This document shows, piece by piece, positions 9,452 through 17,828 of a stretch of DNA of 64,000 nucleotides. The DNA is from Phycisphaerales bacterium. GTDB taxonomy: Bacteria; Planctomycetota; Phycisphaerae; Phycisphaerales; UBA1924. The notes below the pieces were generated by a model. The model made no database searches. It saw only the letters and a list, made by a program, of their open reading frames with translations, and was not told the DNA's origin. The translations under genes were made by a program, and so were the position numbers. Where the stretch lies: the NCBI GenBank assembly GCA_016742075.1, contig JACVCL010000003.1, forward strand, positions 20,087 through 84,086. The letters run 5' to 3'. Positions within the stretch are counted from its first letter, which is position 1; every line of letters starts with the position of its first letter.

Positions 9452-10422
9452 GGAGCCCCCCCAGGTGGCCGGGCGATGCCCGGCGCCATGACGGACCGGA
9501 ACCACGGCAGGTCAATGAACGTGAGGGCGGTCATCGCCACAGCGCAGACGAGGCAGGCGGCCATGAGCGTCGGCTCGCGGTAGAGCTTCTCGGGGGCCTG
9601 CACGGCCGAGTCGCGCTGGTAGGCGAGCTTGAAGTACACCGCCATGACGACGGCGACGAGGGGGAATGACAGGACCAGCTCAAGGCGGTAGCGCATGATG
9701 AAGGCGCCGAAAAACAGCATCGAGGCCGCGGCGTGGAAGATGATTGAGACCAGCAGCCGCTGCTCGTTGTAGTGGGCGAAGGAGCGGCGGTAGGCGGCTG
9801 CGCGGGAGGGATCGCCGATCTCGCGGAACTCCGCGAACCGCTTGATAGCCATGAAGTAGCACCCGACGAACCAGTAGCTGAGCAGCAGCGAGGCCGGCGG
9901 GAGCAGCCAGGATGATCGGTCCGACGCGGCGAGCACCATCGACCAGCCGGCGACCAGGCGGAGCGGGTTGTTGACGCTCTCGCTGAGGACATCGAGGTAC
10001 GGCAGATCCTTCGTGCGGACCGGGGGGATGTTGTAGACGCAGCCCATGAGCCACAGGGCGGCCATGGTGGCCGCCAGCATCGGCGAGACAGCCCAAGCGA
10101 GAGCCATGCCCACGGCCATCAGCAGCAGCCATTGGGCGTAGGCGAGACGGATGCTCACGCGCCCGGAAGACACCGGGCGTGTGTGCTTGGTGGGGTGCAG
10201 CCGGTCGAACGGCGCGTCGAGAATCTCGTTAATGGTGTAGTTGCTCGAGGCGATGAGGCAGACCGAGGCCAGGCCGAGAAGCACGGGAGGGAGCGCTGCA
10301 AGTGCATCGGCCGCCGGCAGGATGGCGACGGCGAGCAGGCAGCCGGGAAGAACGAACACATTCTTGACCCAGTGATCGGCCCGGGCGATGGCCAGATGCG
10401 CGCGGAGGGAAGGACGGCTCAT
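9448..10422 (-). CDS. UbiA-family prenyltransferase, polyprenyl-phosphate phosphoribosyltransferase (DPPR synthase)-like
   Basis: 324 aa from ATG 10422. It has HWVKNVFVLPG, then N-EIL-D-APF-D-RLHPTKHTRPVSSG (NxxxDxxxD followed by R-x-HP-x-K-x-x-RP). From memory this is the signature of the Rv3806c-type subfamily. The protein is polytopic. Confidence 0.7.
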   Translation of the reverse strand: MSRPSLRAHLAIARADHWVKNVFVLPGCLLAVAILPAADALAALPPVLLGLASVCLIASSNYTINEILDAPFDRLHPTKHTRPVSSGRVSIRLAYAQWLLLMAVGMALAWAVSPMLAATMAALWLMGCVYNIPPVRTKDLPYLDVLSESVNNPLRLVAGWSMVLAASDRSSWLLPPASLLLSYWFVGCYFMAIKRFAEFREIGDPSRAAAYRRSFAHYNEQRLLVSIIFHAAASMLFFGAFIMRYRLELVLSFPLVAVVMAVYFKLAYQRDSAVQAPEKLYREPTLMAACLVCAVAMTALTFIDLPWFRSVMAPGIARPPGGAP

Positions 10423-11390
10423 CGCACCCTGCCTTCCGCGGCGTCGGGGGGCGGGTCGCGCAGGGCGAGAACGACGACCCACGAGTCGAACAGGTTGAGC
10501 GGCACGATCCGTCGCCGCAGCCAGCGCAGGGGCGGCACCCGCTCACAGAAGCGGTTGAGCCGGCCGATGGGTGCGTAGCGTTCCATACGCTCGGCAAGAT
10601 ACGACACGGGGAAGAACCACCGGGCCCGGAAGGCGTCGACGCGGACCAACCCGGCCCGCTCCGCCGCCCGGGTGAGGTTCGACAGGTCGAAGTATCCCAC
10701 GTGGGCGAGGCGGTAGTGCCACCACCGGCGGCGGAGCATGCGGGCGGCGAGGCTGGCGGCGTCGGGCGTGACGACGATCATCCGGCCGCCGTGGGCCAGG
10801 GCACCGGCGGCCTGACGGAGGAGTGCAACCGGGTCGGCCACGTGCTCGATGACGTCGACCAGGGTCACGAGATCGAACCGACGGCCGGCGGTGGCCGGGT
10901 GGGGGTAAAGCCCCTGGTGGAGGGCGATGCCGTGGAGCCGGCTCGCGGCCTCGACCAACGACCGCGAGGGCTCGACCCCTTCGGCCCGCAGTCCGGCCGC
11001 CGCGGCCTCGGCGGCCAGCAGGCCGGCCCCGGCGCCGATATCGAGCAGGGACGTTGCGCCCGGGTGCGCCAGGCGGGAGGCGGCGACGATCCAGCGCATC
11101 TGCAGACGGCGGGATTGCTGCGTGATCTCGTACTCGGGATCCTCGAGACGCTCGTAGAGCGATACCAGCTCCTGAATCTCGGACCCGGCGGCGAAGATGA
11201 ACCGGCATGTGCCGCAGCGGAAGAGCGTCAGGGTGACTCCGTAACGGGAGTCGGTGACACGGAAGTCTTCGGGCGCCAGCGCCCGGTCGATGCCTCTGGT
11301 CCGGAACAGCGGTGCGCCCGCGGCGCCGCAGACGGGGCACGGGCGATCGGCCGCGGCGGAAGGATGAGGTGCTGGGACGGGCGGGGGCAT
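10419..11390 (-). CDS. Class I SAM-dependent methyltransferase with N-terminal Cys4 zinc-ribbon
   Basis: 323 aa from ATG 11390. It has CPVCG...CGTC, then SAM motif I LLDIGAGAGLL and VDVIEHV. The stop overlaps the UbiA start (ATGA 10419-10422). Confidence 0.75.
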   Translation of the reverse strand: MPPPVPAPHPSAAADRPCPVCGAAGAPLFRTRGIDRALAPEDFRVTDSRYGVTLTLFRCGTCRFIFAAGSEIQELVSLYERLEDPEYEITQQSRRLQMRWIVAASRLAHPGATSLLDIGAGAGLLAAEAAAAGLRAEGVEPSRSLVEAASRLHGIALHQGLYPHPATAGRRFDLVTLVDVIEHVADPVALLRQAAGALAHGGRMIVVTPDAASLAARMLRRRWWHYRLAHVGYFDLSNLTRAAERAGLVRVDAFRARWFFPVSYLAERMERYAPIGRLNRFCERVPPLRWLRRRIVPLNLFDSWVVVLALRDPPPDAAEGRVR

Positions 11391-11428
11391 CGCTCGTCCA
11401 GAGTATCGGCCGGCGGCCGGGCGGGCGA

Positions 11429-12550
11429 TCACCGGACTCTGCTGATGATCGCCGCCGCCGCCGCGACCAGGAGAAGGGCGGTGAGCACCGCCAGCGCGAT
11501 CTTGATCCAGCTGTAGGGCCGCTCGCCGACCACTTCGCCGGTCCGGGCGTTCACGAGCACCCGGTAGATGCGATTGTTGTAGCGGTACGCGCTGATCCAA
11601 ATGGGGAGCAGGATGTGCTTGAAGGTGATGTCGGCGTACGCGGTGCGGAGCGAGCTGATGCGCTGCTCATCGCCGCCGATGTCGCGGAGGATCGCGGATC
11701 GGATCGGCTCTTCCATACGCTGGCGGGCCTCGGTGAAGCCGTCGGCGAGGCCGATCTGGTAGCTCTCGGCCCGGAACCCGGCCAGATACGCGTCGTCGTA
11801 GGGCACGAGCTGGTTGAGATCCCACGGCACGAGCTGGTCGACCATCGGCTCGGGAAGCGACCGCGTGGCCGGGACCAGCACGTTGTCGAAATGCAGCCGG
11901 ACGCGGCCGGAAGCGGGGTACCAGCGGGTCCGCCGTTCGCGCCGCCGGTTGTTGCCGCTGCCGACGGTGACCCAGTAGTGCTCGCCACGCTCACCCGTGT
12001 AGGCCGTGGAGGTGTTGCAGTCGTAGGTCCAATGCGGGGTGTACATTCCCTGCGGCGGCTGCTCGCGCGACCAGCGGCTCTTGAGGTTGCCCGGTGCGAA
12101 CCAGCGCGACCGCACCCAGTCGGCAAGGGCCCGGGCGGCCTGCTCGGCTGAGAGGTGGAACGGCAGCAGGCTCCTGGGCTTGATCTGCCGCGTGCAGACC
12201 GACTGCGCCACGATGTTTGAACCGCAGAACGGGCACGAGAGGCTGGTCACACCCGGGGCGATGACGGGCTCGGCGCCGCAGGCTTGGCACTTGATGGTGG
12301 TCCGCTCCAGCTGCTCGCCGGTTCGCTCGATCTCCCGAAGGTAGCCGAGGTAGTCGAGCTCCTCGATGGGCGCGTCGGACCTGGGAATAGGGTTGCTTGC
12401 GCCGCAGTACGGGCACGAGAGTGACTCGGCGCCGGGGGTGAACTCGAGCCGGGCGCCGCAGGCCTTGCACGGGAACGTAGCCGGGCCGGGGGTGCTCGGC
12501 CCGGCGGACAGGGGCGGTGGTTCGGCGGCGGTGGGTTCGGGCGGGCTCAT
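11429..12550 (-). CDS. Double zinc-ribbon membrane protein (YdjG-like)
   Basis: 373 aa. It has two ribbons (CKACG...CPYCG and CQACG...CPFCG), a central domain of about 250 aa, and a C-terminal TM helix IKIALAVLTALLLVAAAAAII. Confidence 0.65.
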   Translation of the reverse strand: MSPPEPTAAEPPPLSAGPSTPGPATFPCKACGARLEFTPGAESLSCPYCGASNPIPRSDAPIEELDYLGYLREIERTGEQLERTTIKCQACGAEPVIAPGVTSLSCPFCGSNIVAQSVCTRQIKPRSLLPFHLSAEQAARALADWVRSRWFAPGNLKSRWSREQPPQGMYTPHWTYDCNTSTAYTGERGEHYWVTVGSGNNRRRERRTRWYPASGRVRLHFDNVLVPATRSLPEPMVDQLVPWDLNQLVPYDDAYLAGFRAESYQIGLADGFTEARQRMEEPIRSAILRDIGGDEQRISSLRTAYADITFKHILLPIWISAYRYNNRIYRVLVNARTGEVVGERPYSWIKIALAVLTALLLVAAAAAIISRVR

Positions 12551-12583
12551 CGGGAGGAGCGGTGACTTCGGCCGCGGGCCGGG

Positions 12584-13684
12584 TCACGGCTTGGGGGGCA
12601 GCGGCGGCGGGGCGCTGGAGAACAGTTGGGCGAGCTCCATCACCTGCCCGGCCTTTTGCCAGTCGACCATCCCCTGCCGCCAGGCGAGGGTGTCACGGGT
12701 GAGCGTGCCCGCCGCGACCTGAGCGCGGAGCCCGTTGAGGTCGAAGGGCCCCTGCTGCTGGCCGTTGACGCCCAGGTAGAACTGAGCCGACTGGGGCAGC
12801 GGCGGCGGCGCGGCGCCGCCGGGGCCTGCACCCTGCTGCATGGCCTGGCCCATCGTCCCGGCCATGCCGAAGCCCATGCCCATGGCGATGGTGGAGCCGG
12901 CGCCGCCCGGGTTCTTGGCGGCCTGCTCGATCGCTTGGGCGGTCTGGTACTGCGCGTAGGCGTTCAGGTTGCCGATGATGCCCATGCTGCTCCGCTTGTC
13001 GAGGGCCTGCTCGACCTCGGGCGGGAGCGAAATGTTCTCGATCAGGAGCTTGGCGAGCTCGATGCCGTAGGCATCGAACTCGGGCTGGATGCGCTTGTGG
13101 ATGAACTCGGCGAGCTGGTCGTAGTTCGCGGCGAGATCGAGGATCGGGATCCCCGCCTCGCCGAGCGTGTCGCTGAAGCGTGCCACGATCACGTTGCGGA
13201 GCTGGCTGACGAACTCGTCGGTGGTGAAGCGAGAGTCGGTGCCGGCGACGTTTTTGACGAGGGCGCCGGGGTCCTTGACGCGCATGGCGTAGGTGCCGAA
13301 GGCGCGCAGCCGCACCGGCCCGAACTCGGGGTCGCGGCGCATCACCGGGTTCATCGTGCCCCATTTGAGGTCGGTGAACTGGCGGGTGCTGACGAAGTAC
13401 ACCTCGGCCTTGAAGGGGGACTCGAAGCCGTATTTCCAGCCGAGAATCGTGGCCAGGATGGGGAGGTTCCGGGTCTCGAGCATGTAGGTGCCGGGGGCGA
13501 AGACGTCGGCGAGCCGGCCCTCGTTGACGAAGACGGCCGCCTGACTCTCCCGCACCACCAGCTTGGCGCCGTACTTGATCTCGTTGTTGTACCGCTCGAA
13601 CCGGTGGACGATGGTGTTCTGTGAATCATCCAGCCACTGGATGATGTCGATCAACTCGCCCTTGAGCTTGTCCCAGATGCTCAT
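12584..13684 (-). CDS. SPFH/band-7 domain protein with C-terminal GYF_2 domain (YdjI-like)
   Basis: 366 aa from ATG 13684, with a GGAGG 8 nt upstream. MSIWDKLKGELIDIIQW...VVRESQAAVFVNEG is typical of the COG4260-type SPFH family. The C-terminal FYLGVNGQQQGPF...LAWRQGMVDWQKAGQV matches a GYF_2 domain. Confidence 0.75.
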   Translation of the reverse strand: MSIWDKLKGELIDIIQWLDDSQNTIVHRFERYNNEIKYGAKLVVRESQAAVFVNEGRLADVFAPGTYMLETRNLPILATILGWKYGFESPFKAEVYFVSTRQFTDLKWGTMNPVMRRDPEFGPVRLRAFGTYAMRVKDPGALVKNVAGTDSRFTTDEFVSQLRNVIVARFSDTLGEAGIPILDLAANYDQLAEFIHKRIQPEFDAYGIELAKLLIENISLPPEVEQALDKRSSMGIIGNLNAYAQYQTAQAIEQAAKNPGGAGSTIAMGMGFGMAGTMGQAMQQGAGPGGAAPPPLPQSAQFYLGVNGQQQGPFDLNGLRAQVAAGTLTRDTLAWRQGMVDWQKAGQVMELAQLFSSAPPPLPPKP

Positions 13685-13797
13685 GATCGAACCTCCGTGG
13701 CCGGCCCCGCCGCGGCGGGGCTGACGAATAAGTGTACCGGCAGAGGCCGCCGGCGCGGACGCCCGCACCCCATTGTTCGGAGGGGCGTGCGCGGGTT

Positions 13798-14109
13798 TCA
13801 GGGCACCGGCAGAAGGGCCGACGAGGGCTGCTCCCGCAGGGCCGTCAGGTCGAACCGGACGGGGGTTGCCGTGCCGTTCGTCCCGATCAGGAAGTAGGTG
13901 CCGCGGGATTCCACGAGCGCCACCGAGCCGGTCGGCAGCGCGAGCGCCGGGAATCGCTTCTCGAGCGTGATCACCGCCTTGTCGGTGCCCCGCTCGGCCT
14001 GGGCCGTCGCGGGCCCGGGGCGTAGGAGCACGCCGATCGTCAAACCGATCAGAACCAGACCCACAGCAGCGAGAACGGAAGGCCAGTGCAGCGTGCGACG
14101 AGTCTCCAT
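13798..14109 (-). CDS. Small membrane-anchored hypothetical protein
   Basis: 103 aa from ATG 14109 (METRRTLHWPSVLAAVGLVLIGLTIGVLL). It has a single N-terminal TM helix. No family recognised. Confidence 0.45.
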   Translation of the reverse strand: METRRTLHWPSVLAAVGLVLIGLTIGVLLRPGPATAQAERGTDKAVITLEKRFPALALPTGSVALVESRGTYFLIGTNGTATPVRFDLTALREQPSSALLPVP

Positions 14110-14177
14110 GGGGCTCACCTTTCCGGGCCTGTTGAATCGCAGGCCCCTTTCGGCTGGTTCATACCGCCGGGCGCGGG

Positions 14178-14984
14178 CTACGGCGCCCCGGGAAGGGGCT
14201 CGAGCCACCCGGGCTCGATCTCGGTGCATCCCCGGGCGGAGGTGTCGAACATCACGGCGTTGAACGACCCTGTGAGGCCGTTGTTGGGCGTCGGCTGACT
14301 CGGCTTGAACGTGCCCCGATGGAATCGGCCGAGCCGCTGGGCCACGTGCGCGGCCTGGCGGAAGTCGAGCACCGAGCTGGCCCGAGTGGGCGGCGGAGCG
14401 CCCGGCGTGGGGCCCGAGCCGGCGACGTCGGCGAGAGACCCGTCGACGATCATCGGCGTGGCGGCGGGCCGGGTCACGCGGTCGATTCGCACGGCGACCG
14501 GCGCGGTCCCGGGCGGTAGCGCGGCATCGTAGTTGCCACGATCGCCAGGGAGGCCGGCCAGACCGGTGGCGTTGGCGGCGTAGGTCCGCGTCATGTCGCG
14601 CCCGTAGTGCCGGGACGCCGACGGGCAGACGAGCACCGAGTCGCGGGTGAGGAGCTCGCCGGCGGTGGTGCCCCCCCGGTCGGCGTACGACTGGACGACG
14701 AGCGCCCAGTTGGGGAGCGTGGTGTAGGGCTGGCCGACGGCCGGGCCCGTGCCGCGGGAGTCGCCAGCGTAAAGGGTGCAGGCGATCGCGGACTGGCGGA
14801 GGTTCGAGAGACAGATCGCCGATCGCGCGGCCTCTCTCGTGGAGGCCATGGTGGGCAGCAGCACCGCCAGCAGCACGCCGATCACGGCCACGACCACCAG
14901 AATCTCGACGAGCGTGAAGGCGCCCTGCAGAGCGCCGCTGGCGCGGGCGGGATGATCCCCATCGGATGGACGGACTCCGTACAC
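14178..14984 (-). CDS. Prepilin-type N-terminal cleavage/methylation domain protein (DUF1559-like, degenerate H-X9-DG)
   Basis: It has ALQGA|FTLVEILVVVAVIGVLLAVLLP followed by SNLRQ. The C-terminal NAVMFDTS resembles the DG end of the H-X9-DG motif but with DT and a longer spacer. Confidence 0.7.
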   Translation of the reverse strand: MYGVRPSDGDHPARASGALQGAFTLVEILVVVAVIGVLLAVLLPTMASTREAARSAICLSNLRQSAIACTLYAGDSRGTGPAVGQPYTTLPNWALVVQSYADRGGTTAGELLTRDSVLVCPSASRHYGRDMTRTYAANATGLAGLPGDRGNYDAALPPGTAPVAVRIDRVTRPAATPMIVDGSLADVAGSGPTPGAPPPTRASSVLDFRQAAHVAQRLGRFHRGTFKPSQPTPNNGLTGSFNAVMFDTSARGCTEIEPGWLEPLPGAP

Positions 14985-15018
14985 GCCCGATGCTAGTGCG
15001 GGCGCGGGCCGGGGACGA

Positions 15019-15786
15019 TCAGGCGCGTCGGGCGGCGGCCTTGGGCTTGCCCTTGCCTCGGGACGCCGGCTTGGAGTGCTGGCCGTTCCTGGCGGGCGAC
15101 GCGGCGGGGGCGGCGCTCCCCGGCCGCTCCTGCCGGTGCGGCGGAGGAAGGCCGGGCGGGACGGGTTCGCCGGTGACCGGGTTGTTGAAGTGGGACTCCT
15201 GAACGGGCACGAGGTGCTCGAGGATCTGCTCGAGCACGCGGGCGGGGGAGCCGACGGCGTTGACGGTCTTCACGATCGATGGGTCATAGTGGTCGAGCAC
15301 CGGGAACGTCTCGCGCTCGTAGACGTCCCAGCGCTTGCGGATGACCTCTTCCTTAGCGTCGTCGATGCGGTTCTCCTTCAGCGCCCGGCGGCGGAGCCGC
15401 TTGATCATCTCCTCCTTGTCGGGGCAGACGAGGTGGATGATCTGCAGGACATTGATGTAGCGATCGAGCAGGCGGGCCTGGTTGACGTTGCGGGGGATTC
15501 CGTCGAGCACCAGCAGGTCGACGTGCGGTTTGTAGTCCGACAGGATGGTCCGCGCGTGCATGTTGGTGTGCCACATCTTGACCGTGGCGTCGTCGGGCAC
15601 CAGCAGACCCTTGGACGAGTACTGCATGAACACCTTGCCGAGCTCGGAGCTCACGTCGAGCGTGCGGAACACCTCGCCGCAGGAAAGGTGGTAGAAGCCC
15701 GGGATCTGCCCCAGGATCTTGCCCTGAGTGCCCTTGCCGGAACCGGGGGCCCCGAACAGCAGCACGGTCTGGTAACGATGGGCCAC
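15019..15786 (-). CDS. adk: Adenylate kinase family protein with Pro/Lys/Arg-rich C-terminal tail
   Basis: It has the P-loop LLFGAPGSGKGTQ, then HLSCGEVFR and LLVLDGIPRN. A low-complexity basic tail of about 60 aa (PPGLPPPHRQ...KGKPKAAARRA) follows the kinase core. Confidence 0.7.
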   Translation of the reverse strand: MAHRYQTVLLFGAPGSGKGTQGKILGQIPGFYHLSCGEVFRTLDVSSELGKVFMQYSSKGLLVPDDATVKMWHTNMHARTILSDYKPHVDLLVLDGIPRNVNQARLLDRYINVLQIIHLVCPDKEEMIKRLRRRALKENRIDDAKEEVIRKRWDVYERETFPVLDHYDPSIVKTVNAVGSPARVLEQILEHLVPVQESHFNNPVTGEPVPPGLPPPHRQERPGSAAPAASPARNGQHSKPASRGKGKPKAAARRA

Positions 15787-15975
15787 GTCGGACCTCCGGC
15801 GGATCGGACCGACCCCGCCGGTGAGGACGCGGGGGCCCGCCAGAGCCCCTTGCCGCGGCCGCCGAGGGGCGTCGCAGGATGACCATGAAGGGTATCGGCG
15901 CAGTTGTCAACAGAAAAGCAGGAAGATCCGCGTTTCGGCGGGACAGCAGGGCGAATTTGCGGTAGATATCGAGCC

Positions 15976-17805
15976 ATGCAAGGGCTCACGCATCGCTGGG
16001 CATGGAGGCCCTCCGCCGACCCGGGCGGCGCGATGAAGCGGTTTACTTCGCCGCCCTCACCCGTCTCGATGGAGGGGGCCGAGCCCCTTGTGGCACGGGT
16101 TCTCGCGGCGCGGGGTCTGGGCTCGCCCGAGGCCGCCGCGGAGTTTCTGCGGCCCTCGCTGAAGGGGCTGCACGATCCCGGCCTGATGCCGAATCTTGAC
16201 CGGGCGGCCGAGCGGCTGCTGGTGGCGCTGCGGGCCGGCGAGCGCATTGTGATCTACGGCGACTACGACGTGGATGGCGTCTGCGCGTCGGCGATTCTTT
16301 TTCACGTGCTGCGCGCGATCGCGGGGCTGTCGCCTGAAGAGGCGGCCGGGAGCGCCCGCATCCGGACCTACGTCCCGCACCGTCTCGACGAGGGCTACGG
16401 GCTGCACGTCGACGCGATCGAACAACTGGCCGCGGAGGGGGCCCGGGTCATTGTGTCGGTGGACTGCGGCGTGACCGCGGCCGGGCCGGCGCGTCGAGCG
16501 GCGGAGCTGGGGGTGTGCCTGATCATCACCGATCACCACAATCTTCCGGATGGCGCGGCCGACCGTGCGGGGCACGGGGCGGAGTTGCCCGCGGCGTTCG
16601 CGATCGTCCACCCCCGGCTGCCGGGGGGCGCGTACCCGTTCGGCGACCTGTGCGGGGCCGGCGTGGCCTTCAAGCTGGCGTGGCGGCTGGCGACGATGGA
16701 CGCCGGCGGCGATCGGGCGGCGCCGGCGGTGCGCCGGGTGCTGCTGGACATGATGGCCCTGGCCGGGATCGCCACAATCGCCGATGTGGTGCCGCTCGTC
16801 GGCGAGAACCGGTTGATCGCCGGGTTCGGTCTAGCGCGGGTGAAAGACACCGAGGTCGAAGGACTACGGGCGCTCGTGGAGGCCTCGGGTCTGGGCGGGG
16901 CCGCGGTGACCAGCGAGGATGCCGGCTTCAAGATCGGGCCGCGCCTCAACGCCTGCGGCCGCCTAGGTCACGCCAGAGAAGCGGTGGAACTGCTGACGAC
17001 GGCGCGGGGCTCTCGCGCCGCCGAGATTGCGGCGGAACTCGACCGCACGAACCGCCAGCGCCAGGCGACCGAGCGGGCGATCTTCGAGCAGTCGAGCGAA
17101 CTTGCGGAAGCGGCGGGCATGACGGGCCCGGAGCGCCGGGCGATCGTGCTGACCGATGAACGCTGGCACGCGGGCGTGGTGGGGATCGTTTGCTCGAGGC
17201 TGGTCGGGCGGTACCACCGGCCGGCGATTCTGCTGGCCCGTGACGGCGACGTGTGCAAGGGGAGCGGCCGGAGCATCGACGGCTTCAACCTTCACGCGGC
17301 GATCGCGGCGTGCTCGGCGCACGTCGAGAAGTTCGGCGGGCACGACATGGCCGCGGGTCTCACCTGCCGGGCTGACGCGGCGGAGCTCTTCGCCCGCGAT
17401 TTCATCGAGCATGCCTCCCGGAGCATCGCGCCCGAGCAGCTCACGCCCGAGCTGAGCATCGACTGCGAGGCCACGGTGGAGGAGCTCACGGAGTCGGCCG
17501 TCCGGCAGCTTCGGACGCTCGGGCCGTTCGGCCGGGGCAACCCGGCGCCGAGCATCGTGCTGCGGAACGTCCGCGCGACCCGCGGCGCCGAGTCTTTCGG
17601 CGCGGAGGGCCGCCACATGAGCGTGTTCGTCAGGGGCCGCGGCGAGCGCGAGCTGCGGCTGGTCGGATGGGGCATGGGCGATCGGCGCGGGGCCATTCGG
17701 GCCGGCGCGACGCTGGACGTGGTTGTCCGCCCGGAGATCAACGAGTGGCAGGGGCGCATCCGCGTGGAGCCGGTGCTGAGCGACCTTCGCCTGGAGGGCC
17801 TCTGA
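15976..17805 (+). CDS. recJ: Single-stranded-DNA-specific exonuclease RecJ
   Basis: It has the DHH motifs IVIYGDYDVDGVCA, SVDCG and IITDHH, plus GGHDMAAG (DHHA1). The start is uncertain: ATG 15976 is preferred over 15904. Confidence 0.85.
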   Translation: MQGLTHRWAWRPSADPGGAMKRFTSPPSPVSMEGAEPLVARVLAARGLGSPEAAAEFLRPSLKGLHDPGLMPNLDRAAERLLVALRAGERIVIYGDYDVDGVCASAILFHVLRAIAGLSPEEAAGSARIRTYVPHRLDEGYGLHVDAIEQLAAEGARVIVSVDCGVTAAGPARRAAELGVCLIITDHHNLPDGAADRAGHGAELPAAFAIVHPRLPGGAYPFGDLCGAGVAFKLAWRLATMDAGGDRAAPAVRRVLLDMMALAGIATIADVVPLVGENRLIAGFGLARVKDTEVEGLRALVEASGLGGAAVTSEDAGFKIGPRLNACGRLGHAREAVELLTTARGSRAAEIAAELDRTNRQRQATERAIFEQSSELAEAAGMTGPERRAIVLTDERWHAGVVGIVCSRLVGRYHRPAILLARDGDVCKGSGRSIDGFNLHAAIAACSAHVEKFGGHDMAAGLTCRADAAELFARDFIEHASRSIAPEQLTPELSIDCEATVEELTESAVRQLRTLGPFGRGNPAPSIVLRNVRATRGAESFGAEGRHMSVFVRGRGERELRLVGWGMGDRRGAIRAGATLDVVVRPEINEWQGRIRVEPVLSDLRLEGL

Positions 17806-17828
17806 CGGCGTTCCCGGCCGGAGACCGG

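Noticed and set aside
7992-9515. Upstream extension of the HAD ORF (7422-9515), which would give a 697-aa protein.
   Set aside because: The extension is Arg/Pro-rich and overlaps the hydrophobic GT-C gene in another frame. The HAD motif I (DLDGTL) lies right after the ATG at 7991, which forms an ATGA overlap.
13704-13721. 7-bp GC palindrome gccccgc-cgcg-gcggggc, about 20 nt upstream of the SPFH start codon.
   Set aside because: No U-tract follows on the transcribed strand, and it sits next to the ribosome-binding site. It could be a 5'-UTR structure, but there is not enough evidence to call it a terminator or regulator.
17806-17828. A terminator between the convergent recJ and pilC genes.
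   Set aside because: Only the self-complementary octamer ccggccgg and 4-bp stems are present, so no credible hairpin exists.
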